64,000 nt of DNA from Bacteroidota bacterium. Lineage in GTDB: Bacteria; Bacteroidota; Bacteroidia; SXHM01. This document shows, piece by piece, positions 47,988 to 55,894 of this stretch (positions are counted from its first letter, which is position 1; the number at the start of each line of letters is the position of its first letter). The notes beneath the pieces were generated by a model that was not told where the DNA came from, did no database searches, and saw nothing but the letters and a program-made list of their open reading frames with translations. The position numbers and the translations under genes were made by a program. The stretch covers positions 37,880 through 101,879 of the forward strand of contig CANKAM010000008.1 in NCBI GenBank assembly GCA_947479755.1. Reading direction: 5' to 3'.

Positions 47988-47995
47988 CAAAAGTA
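47988..47995 (-). promoter_or_regulatory. Candidate -7 box (TAnnTTTG on minus strand) for sucC
   Basis: CAAAAGTA on the plus strand is TACTTTTG on the minus strand, 39 nt upstream of the sucC ATG. Confidence 0.3.
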
Positions 47996-48190
47996 GATTT
48001 TTTGCTTGAATAGCATAGAATTATCTTCATGAAATTAAAATACGCGACTGCTTGCATTTTAACTGAATTGTGCAGAGGGGAATAACACCAATTTCTTTAC
48101 TTAGATTTGCTGCCGATTTGTAACCTAAAATACCCTTGGTGCCTGTATTTCCGTATTCGACCACTAATAGCAGGGTAATAAAGAAAAACC

Positions 48191-49501
48191 ATGTTTGAAA
48201 AAATACTTGAGAATTTAAAGATAACCTCTTTAAACAGCATGCAGCTTGCTTCGCTTGAAGCTGCAAAAACAGCAACCGATATTCTGTTGCTTTCGCCTAC
48301 GGGTTCAGGCAAAACAGTAGGCTTTCTTTTGCCTGTTTTAAGCAGTTTAAAAGCGGAAGAAAAAGGTGTGCAGGCATTGGTGATAGTTCCTTCACGTGAG
48401 CTGGGTTTGCAGATAGAGCAGGTGTTTAAGCAAATGAATACGGGCTTTAAAGTGAACTGCTGCTATGGCGGACACTCTACGCGCACTGAGAAAAATAATC
48501 TTTCACATCCTCCTGCTTTGCTGGTGGGCACACCGGGGCGCATTGCGTATCACATACAACACAACAACGTAGATGCTTCGAGCATTCACACCCTTATTTT
48601 AGATGAGTTTGACAAAGCATTAGACCTTGGTTTCAAAGACGAGATGTCGGCTATTATCGGCAACTTAAAAAATCTGAAAAGGCGTATTCTTACTTCGGCA
48701 ACGGCCATGAAAGAGATACCTTCTTTTACCGGAGTGCGCAATCCTGTTGAACTGAATTTCCTGAACACAGGCTCGCCAACAAATGTTACGTTGAAACTGA
48801 AATACCTGAAGGCAGAGGATACCGATAAGCTGAATATTTTGTTTTCGCTTATTTGTAAACTGCAAAATAAATCAACGCTGGTGTTTTGCAATCACCGCGA
48901 TGCAGTGGAGCGAATCAGTATTTTGCTGGAAGGAAAAGGTTTGGCGCATGGTGTTTTTCACGGAGGCCTGGAGCAGGAAGACAGAGAACGTGCTTTGATA
49001 AAATTCCGCAACGGAAGTCACCGGTTGCTGATTACTACTGACCTTGCTTCGCGCGGATTGGATATACCCGAGATTGAAGCGGTGATACATTATCAACTGC
49101 CGACCACGCACGATGTATTTACACACCGCAATGGAAGAACAGCGCGTATGAATGCAGAAGGAAGTGCGTATTTACTGCTCTCGGCAAATGATCATATTCC
49201 TCTTTTTATTGAAGAAACTCCTGAGTTAGAAACCTTGCCCGACAAAAATGTGATGCCACCTAAAGCACGCTGGCGCACCTTATACATTGCTGCCGGCAAA
49301 AAGGAAAAGATTAATAAGATGGACATTGTGGGCATGTTGTTACAAAAAGGCAAACTGGCAAAAGATGAGCTGGGATTGATAGAGGTGCTGGATCATTCGT
49401 CCTATGCTGCCGTGAGTAGTCATAAGGTGGAGCAGGTGCTGAAATTAATACGTGAGGAGAAGATTAAGAATAAGAAAATAAAGATTGCGATTTCGGAGTA
49501 A
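48191..49501 (+). CDS. DEAD-box family ATP-dependent RNA helicase with DbpA-type C-terminal RNA-binding domain
   Basis: It has motif I SPTGSGKT, motif II as DEFD, SAT, and HRNGRTAR. The C-terminal region LYIAAGKKEKINKMDIVGML...IEVLDHSSYAAV resembles the DbpA RBD. Confidence 0.8.
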   Translation: MFEKILENLKITSLNSMQLASLEAAKTATDILLLSPTGSGKTVGFLLPVLSSLKAEEKGVQALVIVPSRELGLQIEQVFKQMNTGFKVNCCYGGHSTRTEKNNLSHPPALLVGTPGRIAYHIQHNNVDASSIHTLILDEFDKALDLGFKDEMSAIIGNLKNLKRRILTSATAMKEIPSFTGVRNPVELNFLNTGSPTNVTLKLKYLKAEDTDKLNILFSLICKLQNKSTLVFCNHRDAVERISILLEGKGLAHGVFHGGLEQEDRERALIKFRNGSHRLLITTDLASRGLDIPEIEAVIHYQLPTTHDVFTHRNGRTARMNAEGSAYLLLSANDHIPLFIEETPELETLPDKNVMPPKARWRTLYIAAGKKEKINKMDIVGMLLQKGKLAKDELGLIEVLDHSSYAAVSSHKVEQVLKLIREEKIKNKKIKIAISE

Positions 49502-49506
49502 CTCTC

Positions 49507-49604
49507 CGTCATTGCGAGGGTTTTTCACCCGAAGCAATCTCATAATTAAATTGCTGCTTATTATTGTGAGATTGCTTCACCCTGAAAAAGGGTTCGCAAT
49601 GACG
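49507..49604. repeat. Interspersed palindromic element, family B (copy 2)
   Basis: The sequence is CGTCATTGCGAG...GAAGCAATCTCA...TGAGATTGCTTC...TTCGCAATGACG. Confidence 0.85.
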
Positions 49605-49624
49605 AAAGAGATGCCTGACAAAAA

Positions 49625-50530
49625 ATGAAACATCCTCCCGAAAAAACAGAACTGCATCCGCGCAACCGCCATCGCGGCAGGTATGACTTTGACTTGCTCA
49701 CACGCAGCTGCCCTGAATTGATACCGTTTGTTATTGCCAACGATTACAACGACACCTCTATTGACTTCTTCAATGCGGCAGCGGTTAAGATGTTGAATAA
49801 AGCGTTGCTGAAGCATTATTACAACATCAGCCATTGGGACATCCCCGACAATTATTTATGTCCTCCCATACCGGGACGGGCTGATTACATTCACCACGTT
49901 GCTGATTTATTAGCTGAAACCAACAACGGAAAAATTCCAACAGGCAGCAAGGTAAAGTGTCTTGACATTGGCACGGGTGCTAATTGCATTTATCCGATTA
50001 TTGGTAATTACGAATACGGCTGGAGTTTTACAGGCAGCGATATTGACTCCCTTGCCATTGATGCAGCCAATACACTGGTTAAGCTTAACCCTTCGCTGAA
50101 AGGTAAAGTTGAACTGCGTTTGCAGTTAGATGCCAACGCTATTTTTTGCGGTATTATTCATAAAGGCGAGCAGTTTGATGTGAGTATCTGCAACCCGCCT
50201 TTTCATGCTTCGGCAGCAGAAGCCAAAGCCGGTACGCTGCGCAAGCTGAGTAATTTAAAAGGCCGAAAAATAAGCAAGCCTGCGTTAAACTTCGGAGGAA
50301 CTAACAACGAGTTGTGGTGCGAAGGTGGCGAAGCAAAATTTGTACGCACCATGATTGCCGAAAGCCGGCAGTTTGCCACTTCGTGCAAATGGTTTACCAC
50401 GCTGGTTGCCAAAAGCGAAAACCTAAACAGCATTTATGCTGCGCTTAAAATTGCAAATGCTGTTGAGGTGAAAACCATTAACATGGCGCAGGGTAATAAG
50501 AGCAGTAGAATTGTGGCGTGGAGGTTTTGA
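49625..50530 (+). CDS. rlmF: 23S rRNA (adenine1618-N6)-methyltransferase
   Basis: LHPRNRHRGRYDF near the N-terminus, the CNPPFH catalytic motif, and DIGTGANCIYP are present. Confidence 0.85.
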   Translation: MKHPPEKTELHPRNRHRGRYDFDLLTRSCPELIPFVIANDYNDTSIDFFNAAAVKMLNKALLKHYYNISHWDIPDNYLCPPIPGRADYIHHVADLLAETNNGKIPTGSKVKCLDIGTGANCIYPIIGNYEYGWSFTGSDIDSLAIDAANTLVKLNPSLKGKVELRLQLDANAIFCGIIHKGEQFDVSICNPPFHASAAEAKAGTLRKLSNLKGRKISKPALNFGGTNNELWCEGGEAKFVRTMIAESRQFATSCKWFTTLVAKSENLNSIYAALKIANAVEVKTINMAQGNKSSRIVAWRF

Positions 50531-50575
50531 CCACCCCCTGACCCCCTCCTTGAAACCTCATCCGCCCTTCGGGCA

Positions 50576-50599
50576 CCTTCTCCTTAAATAAGGAGAAGG
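50576..50599 (+). terminator. 10-bp hairpin downstream of rlmF (part of a short C-rich repeat-like segment); weak terminator candidate
   Basis: The stem is CCTTCTCCTT-aaat-AAGGAGAAGG. No T-run follows it, so its function is uncertain. Confidence 0.3.
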
Positions 50600-50645
50600 A
50601 CAACGGCTGTTGAGTTTATGAGGGGGAACAGAGTGCCTTTAAAAA

Positions 50646-51767
50646 ATGGTAACTTTGCATCCCTTTAAAAAAATGGGAAAACAGGTGGTGCAAACGATTT
50701 CGGAAAATTTCAGAACAACAAAAGCGGCGGTGATTTTTATTGCTGCATTGTTCACTATTCCTGTAGTTGCACAGCAGGTTGATAAGTCGCTTGATGGTAT
50801 TGAGGTAAAGCCTTTCGGGCGCATGATACGGCCTTGTTGTGTCTTTGGCTATAACCTTCCTGTGTTTGGTTTTCCGGCAAAGATGGGCTACACCACCAGC
50901 AGCGAGCGCTTGGGGCATCATAAATTTTATGGTGGTGAAGGAGAATATAACGGCATTATTTACACCCGCGATGGCGGTTTTATTGACATAGGACATGTGC
51001 GCGACAATGCCGATATGATGGCTTATTTTTCGTCACAAATTTCACATAACCTTGATAAAGATATTGTGCTGAAGACCAAACACGAGGCGGGTAAACGGGT
51101 GATTGAAATTTCGCTGAAAGGACGGGAGTTATCATCAACAGACATACTTCTGCTGGGGCAGCGTATTACCTACGAGCTGGCGGTGTGGCACGAGATACGC
51201 ACGTATTTTGGTGTGCCCACGCATTACCCTATTCACGAAATTCAATCGGCTTTTTCGCCTGAAGATTTGTATTCTAATTTGCTGGGCACGTATGTCGGGC
51301 GCTGGGCTATAGAAAAGGAAGGCCACTATGAAACGGATGTGGATACCGTTATACAGGAATTGCTTGTAAAGCTGGGCAAGGTAAACACCGAACAAGATAC
51401 CAAAACGGCTATGGACGATGTGTTGGGGATTTGGTGGAACAGGGTTTCGTTGCCCAGCCGTAAGTTTTTATTGGCATGGAACACCAAAACCTACGGTGAA
51501 ATACTGCCGTGGTTAATACCCACGCACGCTAAGTATTTTAATACTCCTACACATATTTATCCCTTGCCGGTGCCGGAGCTTACTGAAAGCGGAGTGCCGC
51601 TGAACGATTTATTTACCATACGCATCAAGCCCATTTCTAAAATTCCGATGAAGAAAATTTTTAACACTAAAACAAAAAAAGAAGTTACCCAAAAAGATTT
51701 TTCAGCCATTGTAACATGGATTGAAAACGAGTTGCATGTACCGGTAACGGGGGCAACAGTAAAGTAA
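50646..51767 (+). CDS. Secreted hypothetical protein (conserved RPCCVFG and IDIGHVRD motifs; possibly DUF4056-like, from memory only)
   Basis: It has a signal-anchor-like N-terminus and clean coding statistics, and it ends at a strong terminator. An alternative start lies at 50673. Confidence 0.5.
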   Translation: MVTLHPFKKMGKQVVQTISENFRTTKAAVIFIAALFTIPVVAQQVDKSLDGIEVKPFGRMIRPCCVFGYNLPVFGFPAKMGYTTSSERLGHHKFYGGEGEYNGIIYTRDGGFIDIGHVRDNADMMAYFSSQISHNLDKDIVLKTKHEAGKRVIEISLKGRELSSTDILLLGQRITYELAVWHEIRTYFGVPTHYPIHEIQSAFSPEDLYSNLLGTYVGRWAIEKEGHYETDVDTVIQELLVKLGKVNTEQDTKTAMDDVLGIWWNRVSLPSRKFLLAWNTKTYGEILPWLIPTHAKYFNTPTHIYPLPVPELTESGVPLNDLFTIRIKPISKIPMKKIFNTKTKKEVTQKDFSAIVTWIENELHVPVTGATVK

Positions 51768-51773
51768 ACGCAA

Positions 51774-51805
51774 AGAGCCCCGCGCCTAAGGCGCGGGGCT
51801 CTTTT
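51774..51805 (+). terminator. Intrinsic terminator
   Basis: The stem GAGCCCCGCGC-ctaag-GCGCGGGGCTC is followed by TTTT, 7 nt after the stop codon. Confidence 0.85.
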
Positions 51806-51809
51806 ATTT

Positions 51810-51900
51810 CGTCAGTGCTTCTCCGCCTCAGGCGAAGAAGCAATCTCACATTATGAAGCAGTTTCAATCATGAGATTGCTTCGTTCCTCGCAATGACGGG
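51810..51900. repeat. Interspersed palindromic element, family B (copy 3, left end decayed)
   Basis: The sequence is ...GAAGCAATCTCA...TGAGATTGCTTCGTTCCTCGCAATGACGG. The right arm is intact, while the left outer arm is degenerate (CGTCAGTGC). Confidence 0.75.
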
Positions 51901-51906
51901 TCTATT

Positions 51907-51981
51907 GAACAAGGAACACCGATTAACGATTTTCAGATTTAAGATTGGGCTGCTTACTTCAAAAATCGGTGTTCCTTGTTC
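51907..51981. repeat. Long perfect inverted repeat (18-bp arms, 39-nt loop)
   Basis: GAACAAGGAACACCGATT (51907-51924) pairs with AATCGGTGTTCCTTGTTC (51964-51981). It sits 18 nt past the stop of the minus-strand FN3 paralog. Confidence 0.8.
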
Positions 51982-51998
51982 GATATTCAGTGTTCGAT

Positions 51999-52715
51999 TT
52001 ACCCTTCCACCACTTTTTTGCTTACCACCACGCTTAGCGGGCTTACACCGCCTGCATTAGTAGCCCAGTAATACAAATAGTAGGTAGTGCCTACCGTCAG
52101 GTTGATGAATGTTTTTTTACGGTTCTTATTTAAATCAATGATGCCGCGCAGGGCTGCCTGAGCTATAGCAGCACCCGCTGCTGCCTCATTATCATTAATA
52201 ATAAGCTGTCCCAGTCCATTCATGGTTACCCATGCAGGTAGTTCCTCATCTGCCGTTAGTATAGTACTGTAGCTGTCGGCACCCGAAACCACTGCACAAT
52301 CGGCCAGCAGCTCACCTGCTCCACCTCGGGTAAGTGTTGCCCCTGTGGGTTGAAGCGGTGCACTAATTGGAGTAAGGTTGCTTTTAGTAGGCGTAAAACC
52401 TGCCAGAATAATGGTGTTTGGATTACCCAATGCCACCGTGTTTACATACACTGCCAGTGTATCCAAAGCAGCCATCAGGGCTTTCTTAGCTTCTTTATAC
52501 GGGCCAAGCTGTGCGGTGCCGCCTGCCTTATGAGCGGAAAGTTTGTTAATAAAATCGGTTAGCAATGCCTGAAATAGTGCTTCGGTCATTGGCGGCATTA
52601 CAAAAATCAAAGGATTTCCGAATATGCCGTTTTTTACGATGTTGGCAAATGTTTCTATCAGGTCTCTTTTTAAAGTATGATAGACAAGTTTGCATCTGAT
52701 TAATAGTTGTGCCAT
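51999..52715 (-). CDS. Helical N-domain + FN3-like C-domain protein, no signal peptide (paralog 2)
   Basis: The N-half aligns with 17830-18507 (GIFGNPLIFVMPPM..., LAVYVNTVALGNPNTIILAGFTPTK). The C-terminus is a beta-rich FN3-like region (TTYYLYYWATNAGGVSP). Confidence 0.65.
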   Translation of the reverse strand: MAQLLIRCKLVYHTLKRDLIETFANIVKNGIFGNPLIFVMPPMTEALFQALLTDFINKLSAHKAGGTAQLGPYKEAKKALMAALDTLAVYVNTVALGNPNTIILAGFTPTKSNLTPISAPLQPTGATLTRGGAGELLADCAVVSGADSYSTILTADEELPAWVTMNGLGQLIINDNEAAAGAAIAQAALRGIIDLNKNRKKTFINLTVGTTYYLYYWATNAGGVSPLSVVVSKKVVEG

Positions 52716-52812
52716 GATTAGTATATTTATTAGTTAATGATTTTTATTGTTTTTAAATTGTATCAAAAAACACGCTTCGTTTAGTTGAGTTTTAGTGCAA
52801 AGTGTCTTTCAG

Positions 52813-53064
52813 GTAAGAGCAACTGTCTTTGGAGTTACTCTACAGGTCTTTGAAGTAAGACCAACTATCTTTGGAGTTACTCAACAGGTCTTTGAAGTAA
52901 GACCAACTGTCTTTTGAGTTACTCAACAAGCCTTTAAAGTAAGAGCAACTGTCTTTTGAGTTACTCAACAAGCCTTTGAAGTAAGAGCAACTGTCTTTTG
53001 AGTTACTCAACAAGCCTTTGAAGTAAGAGTAACTGTCTTTCGGGTTACTCAACAAGCCTTTGAA
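52813..53064. repeat. Tandem array of six exact-length 42-bp units (plus decayed partial units on both sides, ~52790-53100)
   Basis: The units start at 52813, 52855, 52897, 52939, 52981 and 53023. Units 4 and 5 are identical and the others differ from them at 2-5 positions. Each unit contains the palindrome GAGT-T-ACTC. Confidence 0.95.
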
Positions 53065-53257
53065 GTAAGTTCAACTGTGCTTTGCGTAAGTTTAAAGGTA
53101 ATATGCGCCTTAGAAAAGGCAAATGTTAGTATTCCAGTATGTCAAAGAGCGCTGTCAACAAACCGTGTTTGTAATTGACGGCACAAAAATGCCCCATAGT
53201 GCCAACACTACCTTAGACCTTTACAATAAATTTAAAGAAGAGAATTAGACAAAAAGG

Positions 53258-53998
53258 CTAATTCAATACCAGCACCCTTTCGGGATACAGATGGCTGAAC
53301 TGCCCGTAGAGCAAGATTAGTTGGCGCAGTTTTTCTACATTAAAGGCATCTTTTATTTCGCGGATGTAGAGGTTGACCGAAGCACGTGATTTATCTATTT
53401 TTTCCTCTACCTCCTGCTTGGTGGTGCATACGGTAAGGTAATACATGGTAAGCTGCGCATATTCAGACATGCCCAGGTAGGTGGCATACAATTTTTTGGC
53501 CTCGGCAGCACTGCAGGGCTGCACCGGGGGATGCTCCATAACATCGCCCGACAGAGCGGTTACCAGTGTAACTATGCACGTAGGACTTTGACGAAAACCC
53601 TGCATAGCATGCGATTGAAAAGCAAGCAGCTTGTGTGTGCCATCGGCACATTCCAGCCGCATCAGGGTATCCAGGTCGTAGGGGCTGCGGGTATTAAAAT
53701 GGCTAGTGTAGCGGTCAATAGTGCTCATGCAGCAGGCCTTTCGCATCAGTGCTGCCAGCAGCATAGGGTCTTTGCTGGGCCCCTGTCCTTCGGCATAGCC
53801 CAGTAATTTATCCAGTGCAGGGTTTATATAAACGGGCTGATTATCATCCAGCGGGTGTATAATAAGACCGTAAGGAACCAGCTGCCCAATGGTATCCATC
53901 AGTTTATAGCTGCGCACAATTAAAAGCTCGGCAGGTCCCAGCTTTTTCTGAAACGCTTTCTCAATCTTATCATGTTCTGCTCTAAGGAAGTCTAGCAT
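53258..53998 (-). CDS. Transcription regulator candidate: PAS-like N-domain + LuxR/FixJ-type C-terminal HTH
   Basis: The C-terminus ...TTKQEVEEKIDKSRASVNLYIREIKDAFNVEKLRQLILL fits the LuxR-type HTH spacing. The N-half (GLIIHPLDDNQPVYINPALDKLLGY) is PAS-like. This call rests on pattern recognition only. Confidence 0.5.
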   Translation of the reverse strand: MLDFLRAEHDKIEKAFQKKLGPAELLIVRSYKLMDTIGQLVPYGLIIHPLDDNQPVYINPALDKLLGYAEGQGPSKDPMLLAALMRKACCMSTIDRYTSHFNTRSPYDLDTLMRLECADGTHKLLAFQSHAMQGFRQSPTCIVTLVTALSGDVMEHPPVQPCSAAEAKKLYATYLGMSEYAQLTMYYLTVCTTKQEVEEKIDKSRASVNLYIREIKDAFNVEKLRQLILLYGQFSHLYPERVLVLN

Positions 53999-54060
53999 AG
54001 TTTGAAATTTTTGAATTAGGGGTAGCTAAATTAATAACTTTTTCTTAAACGGCAAATTTT

Positions 54061-54068
54061 GGGGGGGG
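54061..54068. repeat. Homopolymeric G8 tract
   Basis: GGGGGGGG lies 63 nt upstream of the regulator start at 53998; it reads as poly-C on the coding strand. Confidence 0.9.
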
Positions 54069-54122
54069 TGATTTGCTCTTGAAGATAAATTTATTTATGT
54101 TTACAAAGTCTGACGTTTATCA

Positions 54123-54260
54123 GGGTATATACAAGTTAGCAACAAAAATATTCAACAAATTGTATCACCCTTTGACTATTTATAAAAAGAACAAAACCTT
54201 CGCAAGTCTAACCAGCGGGGTGTGGATATGCGAAACAAAGATTCGGGTATATACAAGTTA
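54123..54260. promoter_or_regulatory. Two exact copies of GGGTATATACAAGTTA, 122 bp apart (candidate operator pair)
   Basis: The copies are at 54123-54138 and 54245-54260. Each contains the perfect 8-bp palindrome GTATATAC. Confidence 0.4.
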
Positions 54261-54414
54261 TAGGCAAGTTTACCAGACGACACCATCAACGGTTAATCAA
54301 CGGGCTGACCACCCAACAGTGACAGACAAAAAATAAAAGTGGAGACCAGCAACCACTATAAAAACGGGGCGACACCGAAAAGCCTAATGTGTAGAAGAAG
54401 GAAATAAGGAATTA

Positions 54415-54678
54415 ATGAAAAGATATTCTATCTCTAATGCTTATCCCAACCCTGCAAAAAATACAACCCGCATTGATTATACCTTGCCTGATGGAGTTAA
54501 TAATGGCGTAATTGTTTTTTATGACCTGCAAGGCAACGAAATAAAACGTTTTAAAGTTGATAAAACATTCGACCATCTTTTGGTTTCTACTGCCGATCTT
54601 TCTTCCGGAACCTATTATTTCCAGCTTCAAACCGCTTTACAAAATAGCGAAGGCAAAAAAATTGTAGTGATAAAATAA
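54415..54678 (+). pseudogene. Orphan T9SS type-A C-terminal sorting domain (gene remnant lacking any passenger domain or signal peptide)
   Basis: The 87-aa ORF is essentially only the CTD (YPNPAKNTTRIDYTLP...LSSGTYYFQLQT...KKIVVIK). The upstream 340 bp is non-coding. Confidence 0.5.
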
Positions 54679-54928
54679 CTCACGCTGAGCTGCATCTTTG
54701 TTAAGCGGCATTTGTAATGCCGCTCGGAACATAAAGGAAATTGCATTTCCGCATAAACAGCCTTTTCTGCTTTTAATTAACTTTACTCATTGCATAATTT
54801 GTTTTATTATTGTATTCGTGAGCCCTCCGGGGTTGGTGCGGTGCGAGAAGTGAAGTGCTTTTAATTACCCACCTTCGCTAAGCCCTCAAACGTTACCCTA
54901 GTAATCAAAAGCTAATCAAATTATAGCT

Positions 54929-55669
54929 ATGAAATCAATATTGCGCCAGCTGTTTATCGGATTTCTGCAACTTTCATTCTTAACCGTCTTAGCGCAGCCA
55001 TATCCAAAAGGAAAACCAGTGTATTCTAACCCGCTTGCAGGCAAAGAAGATACAATAGGTTGGCAAATGGAAGGTGCAGGGCAGGTTGAATTTTCAAACG
55101 GATGGATGAAGATGTTCTCTCCCAATGAAAAAGGACATCATGTATTTTGGTGTCCGCAGGAATTTCCCGAAAATTTTATTGCCGAGTGGGAAGTTCAAAA
55201 CCTGCATACGAAAGCGGGTTTGTGTATCATATTTTTTGCTGCAACAGGGCCTAACGGGGAAGATATTTTTGCAGCAGCCTTGCCTAAACGAGATGGAACG
55301 TTCAGGCAATATATAAAGGGGGCTATCAACAATTATCATATCTCCTATTATGCTAACAGCAAAGATCACCCCGGCAGAGAAACAGCCAACCTGCGCAAGA
55401 ACAAAGGATTCCACAAAGTGCAGTCGAATGAACCGGGTATTCCGCTTCATTCAAATGACGTACATAAAATTCAATTGGTAAAGTTTGAAGGAAGGGTATT
55501 GCTTTATATTGATTCGCGAAAAGTAATTGACTGGTTGGATAATGGCAGGCAATTCGGTAATATTTTAAAAGGCGGCAGAATTGGTTTCCGTCAAATGAAA
55601 TGGACACAATTCGCTTATCGAAATTTCAACGTTTGGGATTGTGCTGCACAGCCTGAGCATAAAGAATAG
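54929..55669 (+). CDS. Secreted DUF1961 (YesU-like, concanavalin-type lectin/glucanase fold) protein
   Basis: A signal peptide is followed by HHVFWCPQEFPENFIAEWEV...GLCIIFFAATG...GEDIF...ANLRKNKGFHKV, which matches the DUF1961 pattern as I recall it. Confidence 0.55.
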   Translation: MKSILRQLFIGFLQLSFLTVLAQPYPKGKPVYSNPLAGKEDTIGWQMEGAGQVEFSNGWMKMFSPNEKGHHVFWCPQEFPENFIAEWEVQNLHTKAGLCIIFFAATGPNGEDIFAAALPKRDGTFRQYIKGAINNYHISYYANSKDHPGRETANLRKNKGFHKVQSNEPGIPLHSNDVHKIQLVKFEGRVLLYIDSRKVIDWLDNGRQFGNILKGGRIGFRQMKWTQFAYRNFNVWDCAAQPEHKE

Positions 55670-55785
55670 AAAAAGTTCTTGCCCAGGTTGAGCGTAGGCT
55701 GGCACGTGCGTTAACGGTAGCGGAACGCTAAGCTTAACAAACATGTATTATGCTAATGTTAAGCAACTGAACGTATTAGTCTATG

Positions 55786-55794
55786 CCCCCCCCC
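55786..55794. repeat. Homopolymeric C9 tract
   Basis: CCCCCCCCC lies in the spacer between the DUF1961 gene and the small ORF / SiaC-like gene. Confidence 0.9.
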
Positions 55795-55894
55795 TAATTC
55801 ATCTTCAATAATAAAGCATTAGTCTAAAATCAATAAGGGGATATTTATTTTTTCTATCTCTTTGAACCTATAAATTTAAATATGCTCTAACTTT

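Noticed and set aside
52840-53055. A 71-aa minus-strand ORF encoding a 14-residue repeat (KGLLSNSKDSCSYF x5)
   Set aside because: It is simply the 42-bp DNA repeat read in a frame whose unit happens to lack a stop codon. It has no plausible start context, and it begins and ends where the repeat decays. I treat it as non-coding, although ribosome profiling could overturn this.
52813-53064. Possible CRISPR array
   Set aside because: The units are directly abutting with no unique spacers, and no cas genes are in the window. It is a plain tandem repeat.
54073-54336. An 87-aa plus-strand ORF in the spacer upstream of the regulator
   Set aside because: It starts at TTG, has a low-complexity basic product, and spans the two 16-bp repeats. 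It has no coding-like periodicity that I can see.
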